Source: Eledone cirrhosa
Lineage: Eukaryota
Assembly: GCA_964016885.1 (NCBI GenBank)
Contig: OZ024741.1
Coordinates: 43,958,001 to 44,022,000 of the forward strand
Direction of reading: 5' to 3'
DNA length: 64,000 bases
Below the pieces are notes generated by a model. That model saw nothing but the letters and a program-made list of their open reading frames with translations, was not told where the DNA came from and ran no database searches. Shown one piece after another: positions 1-14,522 of the stretch (positions within the stretch are counted from its first letter, which is position 1; every line of letters starts with the position of its first letter). The translations under genes and the position numbers were made by a program.

Positions 1-933
1 GTGTGTTTGTGCGTATTCGAGTAAGCAGGAAGGAAGTCAGAGTTGTACCATAAATGAAATTTGTTGCATCTGACAATTGTTTTGATATCAATCCTTTCGC
101 GGTTCAATCATAACGTTTAAAGTGGAAGAACACCTAATTGTACCAATATTTACAGACATATCTACTACGTGAACATTTCCAGCTGGTGTTTTCTGCTTTG
201 CAAAATACAAATGAGTATCGCCAGTAAGTGATCACACGCAAAAGTCTATACAGGCTATAGTCTATTTGATGCTAGTACCTTTTGAGTGAGTGTCACTGAT
301 GAAAGTTATATAGATTTTGAAGCACTGCGCTGCCTTACATGCTCAGAACATATAAACTCGCTGATAATAAGAAAAATAATATGTTTCTCATTTCCTTATG
401 TTATTAAAAAATAATTTTCCTCGACATTGCGACTACCCATATTTTTATTGTACATAAACGTATTATATATATTTTCACATACACCTCACTCTATCTCTCT
501 CTCTCTCTCTCTCTCTCCACACTCACACATATCTATATATGTAATCTATGTTTATTCTTGTATTTTAAATTTTAATGGTTATTGGCTATGTCGTGCATAG
601 ACTTATATGTCTGCTTGTTGCATACTTATATACTTGCATTCGCTCACGTATGTAAATACCGCAATTTGGTATTTCATATTTTCTAAACTTCTACTGATTT
701 CAGTCATAGCCTACGGTCATGCTTGGGCAAATCTTAAATTCATTTAGTAGATCCTATAACCCCCGAGGAGATATATTGTCAAGTCAGTTACGTATTTTAT
801 CAATAGTTTTTGATATGTCCGCTAGTAAACACAGACACACACTCAAAAACCAACACCTACAAAAAGGAACACGTGTACTCATACATACATACATACACAC
901 ACTCACACATAAATATATATATATACATACATA

Positions 934-1003
<70 letters not shown>

Positions 1004-1587
1004 TATATAGTTAGAAAGTTTAGGTGATAATGTGCAGAAGTATATTTAAAAATTACTTTTTCTTTAATCCGAAAGAGTCACAAATTTTCTGTGTTGCATT
1101 AAATGTTACCCGTTTTGATTGGTATAAAAATCTCATTAAATATTTTAAAAACATTTATTTCGTGTATTGTGTGAGCAGGTCAAATATATATGAGTTTTCA
1201 GTCAAAATTACTTCTTATGTATATATTCTTTACGGAGATAAAATTGTGAAGCTGAAGGTGGGGTTAAACAGGTCAAGAATTCAATTGAATTTGTTTAGTT
1301 AAATATACAAAATGTTCCGACCATTTTATGTCTCTCCTTTTTTTCTGTCCTACACCATCTTCTACTTGATGGTGTAGGACAGAACAATGGCTATAGACAA
1401 AATAAAACCCAGCCACTTAGGATGTCACACAATGTGTGACAAAAGGGCTCTGACAATACATAAACAACCAGCCGGTTATCGAACCAACAACCCAACCGGA
1501 AATTTATAATACATTGAAGTGAAAACGAACAGAAGCGTGTGATTTTATAGGCAGCATGAACTTTCCCAAAGTATAACAACACACAAA

Positions 1588-1596
1588 CACACACGT

Positions 1597-1675
<79 letters not shown>

Positions 1676-1684
1676 TATAAATAC

Positions 1685-1759
<75 letters not shown>

Positions 1760-1766
1760 TAAAAAC

Positions 1767-1806
<40 letters not shown>

Positions 1807-2022
1807 GAGATATACTTTAACTTTAATTATATCTCATAAAATAATACAACTGGTTTTTCCACATTATACATATTGTTAGCACCCCAAACACTTAAATTGG
1901 GTTTATATTTTAATATAACCTAATGTTTGTTGAGTGAGATGGTTACCAGTCAGAGTTTAGCTTTAAACTATCTCTGTTATTGTATTAAATATATATATAT
2001 ATATATACACATATATAAAAAC

Positions 2023-2062
<40 letters not shown>
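1588..2062. repeat. (TA)n microsatellite cluster, representative of dozens of tracts in the window
   Basis: Long pure TA runs; these produce the YIYIYI ORFs. Confidence 0.99.
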
Positions 2063-2063
<1 letters not shown>

Positions 2064-2165
2064 TAATATATATGAGTAATATATATGATGAAACAGATAC
2101 CAACATATCTGTATTTATATTGCAAAAGAAAGTTAGCCAGACTGAAGAATATTAATTATTTTACC

Positions 2166-2717
2166 ACAGTTCGTCCACATCGATTTAAAATAATAATAAT
2201 AATAAATCGACAAAAACTAGCTGTGCCGCCAAATGGCTATGATGTTTATACATATTTAAATTTCAAAGTCAAACCTGTTCAGTAGATAAGTTTAAACCTC
2301 AAAATCGAAACATGTTTCGAGATGGATACGTGTATAAGTGTAGGAATATCTTAATATAACGGCTCTTCGTCAAGCTAAAATTCGCCTCATATATACGACT
2401 GTTATTTCTAGCAGTACGGTTATGAGACTAGCCTGAATTTGTGAACCCATGTGCGTCACACAGTCTTTTAAATTATTTAGAAGTGAAGCTTATCAATTGT
2501 CTCTGGATGTTTACTGAGGAGAGCAGTGGCAAGATATTCCTACACTTATACACGTATCCATCTCGAAACATGTTTGGATTTTGAGGTTTAAACTTATCTA
2601 CTGAACAGGTTTGACTTTGAAATTTAAATATGTATAAACATCATAGCCATTTGGCGGCACAGCTAGTTTTTGTCGATTTATTATTATTATTATTTTAAAT
2701 CGATGTGGACGAACTGT
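2166..2717. repeat. Inverted repeat, about 185 bp arms (2166-2352 / 2531-2717)
   Basis: Arms are reverse complements; ORFs 2085(+) and 2598(-) share TVRPHRFKIIIIINRQKLAVPPNG. Confidence 0.95.
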
Positions 2718-3842
2718 ATCAATAACATTGATACAAAGGCTGACACCTGGACTTACAGGGCACATACAACAAATACAGACAGCCCAGCAGACCGAATATC
2801 CAGTCAGCACAGTCCCAGCAACTACAACAGTCTTGCCAACAATAGGGCAGATGTATCCGGTACAACAAGCATAATAACAGCAAATATCCAGGGTCTTTAT
2901 CCGAAAACAAAACAGTGTAAATTCCCTTTCTTGGAAGAATTAGCAACAGAAAACAACTCCAAAATAATTGGAATTACTGAAAGTCATCTCAACGAAAACA
3001 TCCGCAACAGCGAAATCTCAATCAATGGATTCAACATCTTCAGATGTGATAGACAAGGCAGATCCCATGGGGACGTTATGATGTATATCCATGATACCTA
3101 TGCATGCATAGAACTTGTCAATGAATCAAATGCCTACTGCAACCTGCTGTGCATAAAAATCATCCAACTTAATACAGTTGTAAGAATAATGTACAGACCG
3201 CCAAACAGCCCAACATTATCCTTCACTGAGCCACTGACAAAGCTCCAACAAATTCTGGGAAACATGGCGAGTCCAATGCCAGACATTATCCTCCTTGGCG
3301 ACTTCAACTTCCCTAACATCATCTGGCCACATGGACACATACTAAAACTGGGGACAAAAGCTGAACAAATACAGGCAGCCAAACTGTTGGAAGTCACAGA
3401 GAAATTATACCTCAAACAAATGATGAGAGAAGCAGCTAGAAATAATAATACGATCGACTTGGTTTTCACCAACAACGAGGACACGCTATTTGACCTTCAC
3501 TCAACCCCAACAATCCTTTCAGACCACAATATTATTGAAATGCATTTACACATTGGTAATGAGCCCAATGCCACAACTCTTAAACAAAAGGACATGCCAA
3601 AGTTATGCAGGTATGATTATCACCAGGCAAATTGGGAAACTATTAACAACCAGTTACAAATCATTGACTGGGATCTCTACCTTACTGGGCCAGATAAACA
3701 CAAGAAATTCTTAAACAAGATCGAAGAAATATGTGCAAAAAATATTCCTCTTAAGAAAACCAAATCCACAAAAAAAACCTGTACCACGGGAGCGAAAGAT
3801 CCTGATGCGCAAAAGGACAAGACTAAGAAACAAAACATCTAA
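2718..3842 (+). pseudogene. APE endonuclease portion of LINE ORF2 (frameshift at A-run near 3770)
   Basis: ORF 2670-3842; the first residues are read from the unrelated upstream inverted repeat, LINE-like sequence starts near 2718. Confidence 0.85.
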
Positions 3843-5863
3843 GCTGACATCAAAACATGAACTACAGAAAGTCCTTGACCAAATATACAGATTAGAAGAC
3901 AATCTAAAACAACACTATGATGAAGAACGTAACAATGCAGAAAAGAGAGCTATAGAAAACATCAAGAAAAATCCAAAATGTTTCTACAGTTTTGCAAAGA
4001 AATACTCGAATACCAAGTCAACAATAGGACCTCTCCAGAGACAAAATGGGTATGTAGTGAATAACCCTATTGAAATGGCAGAAATGTTGGGTCAACAGTA
4101 TGAAAGTGTCTTCAGTGAGCCATCTAAAACCATGAAGATCCATGACCCAGGAGAATTCTTCAAGGATATCGACCATACTAAACCTATCCTATCCGACATT
4201 GATTTCAACCCAGAAGGCATAGAAAGAGCCATAGACAAGCTCTCCATGCACTCGGCTGCGGGGCCTGATGGTTTCAATGCCATGCTACTTAAAAACTGCA
4301 AGGTACAATTGTTGAAACCCCTCTACATGATATGGAAGGAATCTATGGAGAATGGCAAAATACCAAATACATATAAAGAAGCACACATAACTCCATTACA
4401 TAAAGGGGACAGCAAATCAAAACCAAAGAACTACCGACCAATCTCACTGATATCACACATTATCAAGGTCTTCGAAAGAATAGTTCGTGGAAAACTGGTT
4501 GAGTTCCTGGAATCCAACAATCTGATGAATTGCAATCAGCATGGATTCAGGTTAGGTAGATCATGTCTTTCCCAACTACTGGCACACCATGACCAAATCC
4601 TAGGAAATCTAGAGAATGGATACAACACAGATGTTATTTACCTCGACTTTGCCAAGGCATTTGACAAGGTAGATCATGGCATCCTGGTACACAAACTTCG
4701 AAAGCTAGGAGTAGGAGGAAAATTTGGTACATGGATACATGAATTCCTTATAAATAGAACTCAAACAGTCACTGTGAATGGAACCCATTCAACACCATCA
4801 CCTGTGACCAGCAGTGTTCCTCAGGGTACAGTACTCGGCCCGATCCTGTTTCTCATCCTCATCTCTGCCATAGATGAAGATACAACCAGCAACGTCTCAT
4901 CCTTTGCTGATGACACCAGGGTCATGAGACAAATCAAAGACGAGGTGGATACAGAGGCCTTACAAAAGGACCCAACCACCATATACAAATGGCAGGAAAC
5001 AAACAACATGTTGTTCAATGATAAGAAGTTTGAACTAATTCGCTACGGAACAGATCAAGATCTGAAAAATACAACAAACTACAGAAACCCATCAGGACAA
5101 CAAATAATGGAAAAACAGTGTGTGAAACATTTAGGCATCCACATGGGAACCAGCCTAAAATTCAGAGAACACCTTGACTCAGTCTGTCTTACTGCAAGAA
5201 AGTACAGCGCGTGGATCTTGCGCACCTTCAAATCAAGAGATACCTCAACAATGAAAACCCTCTGGAACAGTATGATACTTCCGAGGATTCACTACTGTTC
5301 TCAGTTGTGGTCACCAACAACAAAGGGCCAACTATCTAAGATGGAATCGCTCCAAAGAAATTTTACCTCATACTTCTCAGAAACGAGGGACCTGGACTAT
5401 TGGCAAAGACTCAGAACCTTGAAGATGTACTCAATAGAAAGAAGATTTGAGCGATACCGAATAATATACATTTGGAAAAATGATAGAGCAAAAGGTGCCA
5501 AACTTTGGTATCAAAACCTACCACTCACTGCGCCACGGAAGACGCTGCCAGCTACCACCAATCAACAAAAGGGCTGGCCAGGCAGCAAAAACCCTGCGAG
5601 AGTCAAGTCTGTTGGTTAGAGGGGCACAACTATTCAACTCCATTCCGGTACATGTCAGAAATCTATCAGGATGCAGTGTGGAATCATTCAAATTGCAGCT
5701 GGATAGATACTTAAGCACCATTAGAGATGAACCCCATCTCCCAGGATATACACAACGAGCACAAACTGACTCAAACTCGCTCCTACACATGTCAAAATTA
5801 AACAGAGAATCCAACCTGGCAACCACACCAGACTCTGAGGGTGGAGTCTTCGACTTGACCTGA
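3733..5863 (+). pseudogene. Reverse transcriptase and C-terminal portion of LINE ORF2 (second frameshift at A-run near 5478)
   Basis: ORF 3733-5619 carries the RT motifs; ORF 5480-5863 continues with GAQLFNSIP...FKLQLDRYLSTIRDEP, a typical LINE C-terminus. Confidence 0.88.
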
Positions 5864-5905
5864 GCATGGACTCAAACTCAAATGAAATGATATGAAATGA
5901 AATGT

Positions 5906-7130
5906 TTAGTGGATTCTGTGGAGGTCAAGTTCCACATACGAGTATTCAATGAAGAGATGGTCGGAAGAGGAGAGATGTGGGGTGCGCGCGCAACAGGAAG
6001 TGATCAAGCAGTGGGAGTGCTGTGTGTCTGTTTGTGCTGGGAGGTGGTCAGAGGGCATAGCAGCAGTCGGTGGAATGGTAAAGGGGCGAGAATGGGTAGG
6101 TGTGAAAGTTGGAGTGAGGAGGGTGTGTGTGTGTGTATTAGTAGAGGTGTTAGTGGGATGAGTGAGTGTGGAGCGAGGGTGTGGGTGGAGCGAGGAGAGA
6201 AGGGTGTGTGTAGTTCTATGGAGGGATTGTGGTGTACTGGTGTGTGTGTAGTTTGATGAAGGGGTGTTAGTGGGTGTTAGTATACGGGTGGTGGGGAAGG
6301 GTTGAATGCAGGCGTGAGTGGGGGATAGTGGTGGTAGGGTGTGTAGAGTTGGTGGTGTACGAGGGTGTGTGGGTACGTGTGCGTGGGTTTGGGGGGGTGT
6401 TAGTGATGTTAGTTGCGTGTGGGGTGGTTGGTGTAAGTGGGTGCGTGTGTTCGTGTGCTTGGGGTCAGGGGGTGTTAGTGAGGTTAGTTGCGGGGTGGTG
6501 GGATGGAGGTGTGGGGGTGAGAGGTGTGGGGGTGAGGGTTAGTGGTGGTAGTAGGGTGTGTATATATTTGCCGGTGGGTGTGTGCGTGTGATAAGGAGGG
6601 GGGAGGAGGAGAAGAAGGGAGGGATGTTAGTATGTTAGTTGGGGAAGGGTGGTCGGATGAGGGGTGGAGTGGAGGTGTTAGTATCGTTAGTTGTGGGGTG
6701 GGCGGTGAAAAGGAGGGGTGTGTTAGTGGTGTTAGTGGGGGATAAGTGTGGAGGGAGGGGGGCGGTCGAAGGCTAAAGGAATAAGGGTGGGGAGTTCAGG
6801 CCGGGGGGAGTGTGGGTCTGTAAGATGAAGATAGTTCTTTGTTCGACTCTAAGGCGATTGGCGGGTGTTCCGTGGCATTGGAGTAGGCCACAGACTGTGA
6901 GATGGCGTGCGGAATGTCCAGGACCACTAAAGTGGCGTGCGATGGGGGAACTACCACCGAGACGAATATCCCGGAGGTGCTCAGTGAATCGGTCCCCCAG
7001 GCGACGTCCCGTCTGTCCGACATAAGTCGAACGTTTTCACGAACGTTTTCACGAACCAAAGTATCGTCTTCCTGTCTTCCTCCGGTTGCAACGTTTTTCG
7101 AAATATCCAGTTCTGCGTTAACAGATTGAC
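5906..7130 (-). mobile_element. Possible ORF1-like fragment of a second Tx1-type LINE (C/A-rich low-complexity minus strand)
   Basis: Strong GT skew mirrors the C/A-rich Thr/Pro region of ORF1 at 24660-25400; minus frame reads SVNAELD versus PVNRQLD in that ORF1. No catalytic motif. Confidence 0.35.
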
Positions 7131-7136
7131 TTTGTT

Positions 7137-7187
7137 AGTTTCAGAAGATCCCGTTAAAAGTGAAAGCAGCGCTTCTTTGCTTAAACT
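7137..7187 (+). ncRNA. Variant-core hammerhead-like motif (CAGAAGA), stem II decayed
   Basis: agttt-CAGAAGA-tcccgttaaaagt-GAAA-gca...tgc-TT-aaact. Confidence 0.5.
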
Positions 7188-7198
7188 TTAATCTGTTA

Positions 7199-8925
<1,727 letters not shown>

Positions 8926-10984
8926 TGTATATATATATATACATATATATATTTACATAGAGGAAAGAGAGAATGACGGCCTTCTGCAGCTTAATTCACA
9001 CACAAAGTATTGATCACCTCGAGTCTATAGTAACACAAATTTACCCGAGGTGCCATAAGTATGTATTTGCCGAAAACAAAACAAATGTTTACATATAGTA
9101 TATTTTCAATGTGGTATTGTCGTGACAGAAATATTTAAGAATTAATTAACAATTTGATCTCTTTGCATGTGGAGTTATTGCGATATAAATATTTAAGGAT
9201 GTATGAACAAAATAAATTCTGACATCCCGAGCATATGTTTTCAGTGATTTTCACAAAATATACGTCACTCTTTCTCGTAGTTCATTAGCCACGAAAGGTT
9301 GATCATTTTGATATCAGCAGGCCTAGGATCACATATGCTACAGCCCACAACATGTCTTGTATTCAGGCAGTGTTTCATTTTCTATGTAGTACTACATGAT
9401 TTCAATGATATTTGGTCGGTACCTTTTGCAAATTTACTGATGGCTCCTTATATTATTAGCAAGCCATTATAAACTGTTTCAAATACAAACCAGAGAAGCA
9501 ATACATCTCAATTGCAGACCTGTCTGTCTCCCCGTCGGACGGAGAGATCTTCCACCCAGTTTGGGGTGGGTGAGAATGTCTTCTCTTGTGAAAATAGGTA
9601 TAGCCTTCTTTATGTAAAATCTCCCCTTTTGCCAGATTTCTCCCCGGTTTGAGGCACTTTTTTTCATGGTACTCCCCGTTTGGATATTTAGAGGTTGCCA
9701 GGACTTCAATTGTAATCCTCAATTAATTCAAAAGTCTACAGAATAACCAGAAATTCAAACGTTGCATGACATTGCAATTAAGTGGAAGTTGAAATAAAAT
9801 ATCTCTCTCCTATGTACGTTCTTTTTATTCAGAAGGAACGTTGTGAGAATTCTCTCAGTTTCTGTTTACATTCCATATATTCCTGTATTTAGGATTATCC
9901 AGCATTCATTTCTTCCTGACAATTATTTAAGAGAGAATATCTCACACAAACATTAACTATTTAAATCAAATTTTCGAATGTGCTGTTGTAAAGGAGATTA
10001 AACTGTCATGGTCATTTTGCTATAAACATATATATCACAACAGGCGTATTCAAAACCATCGTCCAAAAGACTTGCAACTCAATGTCAGATTTAAAAAATT
10101 ATGTTATCCAAGGGTATTAGGAGGAGTAAGAATATTGGGAGACAGATATAAACTGTTGAGCACATTGTTGTTTTAATTATCCTTTTTTAACAAGTTTATA
10201 ATTATACATTATAAACTTGTTGTTAAAAAAGGGATAACATGATTTGTAAATCTGACATGAATCCAATTTAATGATCTTTGATAATGTTGTACTGGAAAAA
10301 CAAAAAAAAAGAGTGGAAACAACACATTAGAATATTTAAAGAAACACGCAACAGAAATTTGAACGTATAGTCTTAAACAAAATAAAAACAATGTATTTTT
10401 TTTTCAAGAAACGAGGAGAATTAAATATTGCAGCACGTTATCTCTCTTACAAAAGGAACAATGACGGTCAATAAAAAATTTGCTTAATTTAATCAGTAGC
10501 GATAGCATTATTTGTGTTGAGCAAATATATATTAAAAATTCTTGAATACATTATTCCGAGAGAATTCTCCAAAAATGAATCATCGTTATACACAGAAATA
10601 ATGTAATTATTTAAGATAATAATGTGTTAATAAACTGATACCATATTTACTTCGCTGTCATATTTATAATGTGAAAAGTAATAAAGTACGTTTCCGACAT
10701 TTCCTGAAACATAAGTCAATGGGAGGGAATAAAATAAAAGAAAGACAGAGAGGCACGGCGGAGACAGACATTAAGCAGGCATATACACTTAGATAAATAT
10801 CTACACAGAGAAGATATACAGAGAGATATGTAAAGATAGAGAGGTAGAGATAGAGATATTGGAATAAATATGATAGTATGTGATACGAAGTTTCCAACAT
10901 TTCATAAAATTATTATCTGAGAGGAAATCAAATGTAGCTTAATGAAATATATATTACCGCATATTTAATGGAGCCAACGGTCTA

Positions 10985-11031
<47 letters not shown>

Positions 11032-11210
11032 CAGTCGATTGACTTTCGTCAAATCGGACCGAGGTATCAATGTTTACATTGGTCTTTCCAATTGCTAATA
11101 TTTTCTATCGGTCGCAACTCCAGGTAGAAGGAGCAATGTGAAATAAAGTCTTGCCAAGGACAAAACACATCGCCCGGTCCAGGAATCAACCACTCAGCCA
11201 CACACCTTCA

Positions 11211-11253
<43 letters not shown>

Positions 11254-11832
11254 ATGTATGTATGTATGTATGTATTGTCCCGTAACTTCTGATTAGGCGC
11301 ACCACGTTTCTTGGGCAATTTAAGCGTGGTGCAACTCATCCCTCTCCATGCCTGAGTACAGCAGATTTATTCCAGAGCGAGGAAGAATCGACCTCAGTAC
11401 TAGACAGGTATTCTTTTTATTGAACTATAAAGGATGAAAGGCAAAATATGACATCGGTGGGATTTGAATTCATAGAGCAAAGAGATTTTTCCAACACGAA
11501 TGGACCTGCAATTTTTCTATAAAAACATTTTTTCGGGATTCCACCCTGCCCGTCTCTTCATTTTTTGTAATTCCTCTTTCTTTCTTCTGGTGAAAGAATG
11601 GCATCCGAAGCGTTAAGAAACTATTCCTGCTATTTCAAGCGTTAAACCAATATAATCCTTCCATATACTGTACCGATTGTGCTGTTATTTCTGATTACCT
11701 TTTACATATATATATATATGTGTGTGTGTCTGTATATATATATATTGTCTGCATATATATATATATGTATATATATATAGAAAAGATGAATATAAAATGA
11801 AAGTGCTTTTTTTAAAAAAAGGAATTTATTAG

Positions 11833-11958
11833 GTATTGACATATGTTTCTGTAACTCTTTTCTGTTTCTAATACCTATGTATCGCTGCTTGCGTAATCAT
11901 ATAATGTTAGCAAGTATTCGATAGCAAAAGTATAATCAGTTGTCACTTCTTCAGAGAT
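11833..11958 (-). ncRNA. Degenerate hammerhead-like motif with long stem II
   Basis: Minus strand CTGAAGA-agtgac...gttaca-GAAAC-ATAT-GTC; stem I pairing is poor. Confidence 0.4.
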
Positions 11959-12562
11959 TTTGGATAAATTGGATAAAATCAGAAAGATTGAAGTATTTAT
12001 GTTAGTTGTAATAGAGGAAGAAGAGAGGGGTAGTATATGACAGATGGTAATTCAATTTACTGCTAAACAAGTATATAAAGGGTTTCTAATGAGAATACAA
12101 TGAGTAAATGGTTTATATTATCTAAATAAGAATTTTTGGGAGTGCCTATTTTAATCTATACTTGACCAATTGAACAATGGACTGGTCATTTGGTGTAGTA
12201 GTATTAATTATAAAGAGTCAATTGGGGAAGGGGAAGATTTCGACTGCTACTGAATAACATCAATGCTATGTAGCCAGCTGGTATATGCATTAGGGAACTG
12301 AATTAAGAAATCAGAAATCTCATTTTATCTATAGCAGTTTATATTAAATGGTAAATAATAGAAGAGTTGATAGAATTAAGACTAATAGAGAATGTTAATA
12401 TGTATTTTGACAATCAAACGGAGATGGAGACAGGCGTTCAATCCTGGTAGTATTTGTAATATATTTATATATATATATATATATATATACATATACAGAC
12501 ATATATATATGTGTATATACACTCACACTCTCACACACACACACACGCACATATATACACAT

Positions 12563-12595
<33 letters not shown>

Positions 12596-12602
12596 CATAA
12601 GT

Positions 12603-12760
12603 AATTGTTTTTACTTTTGGCACAAGGCCAGCAATTACCCCAGTTCATTACTGGTGCTTTATTTTATCAACGCTGTAAGGATGAAAGGCAAAGTAAACCT
12701 CGGCGGGATTTCAACTGAGACCGTAAAGCATGGCGTCCGATCCTCAACCGATACTGCCAT
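12603..12760 (-). mobile_element. tRNA-derived Nin-domain SINE copy
   Basis: Matches the window-wide family (ggcacaaggccagcaattaccc...ggatgaaaggcaaag...cctcggcgggattt). Confidence 0.8.
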
Positions 12761-12975
12761 ATTGAAAAGTGAAATCAAAATAAGAAAAGATCTAACAGTT
12801 AATTTATTCATTGTTATAGGATCGTTTTCTAGAGGTAAAAATGTTCGATGTGTAGGGCGATCGTGAGTAGTTATGCAATTCCATATTATTAGCTCCGAAA
12901 TAACACTTACACTCTACTGTCTATCCATGTATCTATCGTTCTCTCTCCCTCTCTCTCTTTATCTCTCTGTGTGTG

Positions 12976-13021
<46 letters not shown>

Positions 13022-13096
13022 GAAGGAAATGTGGTAAGGAACCAGGTGGACCATAACGCAACAAAGTACTCAATACTTAGGGTAGTAGAGTGCGTA

Positions 13097-13216
13097 ATAG
13101 GAACGAGTAGGACCTCGACGGCTGAGCTCAAGCCGTTTCGACGGCTAATTCTTGACTTTTAGTCCAGAATTAGCCGTCGAAACGGCTTGAGCTCACCCGT
13201 CGGGGTCCTACTCGTT

Positions 13217-13221
<5 letters not shown>
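13097..13221. repeat. GC-rich fold-back palindrome, about 60 bp arms
   Basis: ataggaacgagtaggacc...ttcttgact / agtccagaa...ggtcctactcgttcctat; right end joins (TA)n. Confidence 0.92.
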
Positions 13222-13272
<51 letters not shown>

Positions 13273-13276
<4 letters not shown>

Positions 13277-13664
13277 CTTGAGGAGGGTCATATTGTTGTA
13301 ATAATATTGTCAGAATTAATAACAGAAGACACTCACTGTTTGGTTGGTTTTCGCTTCTGTATCTTTTATATCGGTTAATTTATTCGGTCGTCAATGTTTA
13401 CCATTGACTGACCAACGGTCATAAATACAGATATAATATAGACACAAACATATATATATATATAGTCTAACAGTTAGACTATATATATGTGTTTGTGTCT
13501 ATATAATATCCGTATTATTGACCGTTGGTCAGTCAATGGTAAACATTGACGACCGAATAAATTAACTGATATAAAAGATACAGAAGCGAAAACCAACCAA
13601 ACAGTGAGTGTATTCTGTTATTAATTCTGGCAATATTATTACAATATGACCCTCCCCAAGTATA
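13273..13664. repeat. Fold-back palindrome, about 195 bp arms, 1-nt centre at 13472
   Basis: gtctaac-A-gttagac centre; arms differ by several substitutions and small indels. Confidence 0.95.
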
Positions 13665-13847
13665 ACAATATTTGTTTCGACACACGATTTCATATCAAAA
13701 ACCTCACGAAACTATATATATGTATATATATATAAATAGTGTTGTGGAAATACTTCTTTATATATATATAGGAACGATCAACTTTTGTCAAATCGGACAA
13801 TGTTTCCGTTGGTCTTTCCAATTGCTAATACTATCTATCGGTCGCAA

Positions 13848-14063
13848 TTCCAGGTAGAAGGAGCAACGTGAAATAAAGTGTCTTGCTCAAGGATATAACG
13901 CATCGCCTGGTCCAGGAATCGAACTCACAACCTCACGATTGTGGCTGAGTGGTTAGAGAATTAGATTCGCAAACGTGAGGTTGCGAGTTCGTTTCCTGGA
14001 CCAGGCGATGCGTTATATCCTTGAGCAAGACACTTTATTTCACGTTGCTCCTTCTACCTGGAA
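13848..14063. repeat. Head-to-head inverted pair of a second tRNA-derived SINE 5' region
   Basis: Right arm has an A box (tggctgagtgg), a B-box-like gagttcgtttcc and ccttgagcaagacact; left arm is its reverse complement; related copies near 11118-11210 and 41585-41720. Confidence 0.8.
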
Positions 14064-14342
14064 TATATATATTTTATTGTATTTCTTCAGTATCTTTATT
14101 TTCTTCCCTATTTCTGGTTTTGTTATTTTCCAATTCATTTAAGATTCAGAGGTCTTTTCTTTTATTTTCTATCTTTTTCTGTATGTTAGTTTCCCATGTG
14201 TTTGTGGGTTTTGTTTTTTATGTTTGTATAGATCTAAGGAGGTACCTACATTCTTTGGTACCAATAACAGCTGATGCATATATTCAATTATTTTTTCTTG
14301 TTATAAGAATATTGTTGTTCGTTTTTATTAAGGCTATTATGC

Positions 14343-14522
14343 TTCAGTGTCGGTAAAGGGTCTGACGCCATGCTTTGCAGTAAAGAGTTACGGCATTTTT
14401 ATGTCTGTGTTCCAATCCTACCGAGGTTAACTTTGCCTTTCATCCTCCCGGAGTCGATAAAATAAAGTACCAGTAATTCACTAGGGTAATTTCTGGCCTT
14501 GTGCCAAAAGTAGAAACAATTA
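14343..14522 (+). mobile_element. tRNA-derived Nin-domain SINE copy
   Basis: gcctttcatcctcccggagtcgataaaataaagtaccag core, 3' end gtgccaaaagtagaaacaatt. Confidence 0.8.

Larger units (their letters stand above)
2718..5905 (+). mobile_element. 5'-truncated non-LTR retrotransposon (APE-RT, no RNase H seen; CR1/L2-group or Proto2-like)
   Basis: APE motifs (ITANIQGL, ITESHL, MYRPP, LLGDFNFP, IDLVF, SDH) then RT motifs (NYRPISL, QHGFR, YLDFAKAFDKVDH, VPQGTVLGP, FADD) across three overlapping frames; 3' (TGAAA)n-like tail 5879-5905. Clade is an inference. Confidence 0.9.

Noticed and set aside
719-1756. ORFs rich in YIYIYI, here and across the window
   Set aside because: Translations of stop-free (TA)n and (CA)n microsatellites, not genes.
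2505-2585. Possible hammerhead CTGAGGA-gag...ctc-GAAAC-AT-GTT
   Set aside because: Core and stem II base are present but stem I does not pair, and the mirror has TTGACGA; at best a decayed relic.
5897-6745. Val/Gly/Cys-rich plus-strand ORFs
   Set aside because: Products of GT-skewed low-complexity DNA.
9456-9722. 88-aa minus-strand ORF, and similar ORFs at 43996-44483
   Set aside because: No recognisable domain or supportable splice structure.
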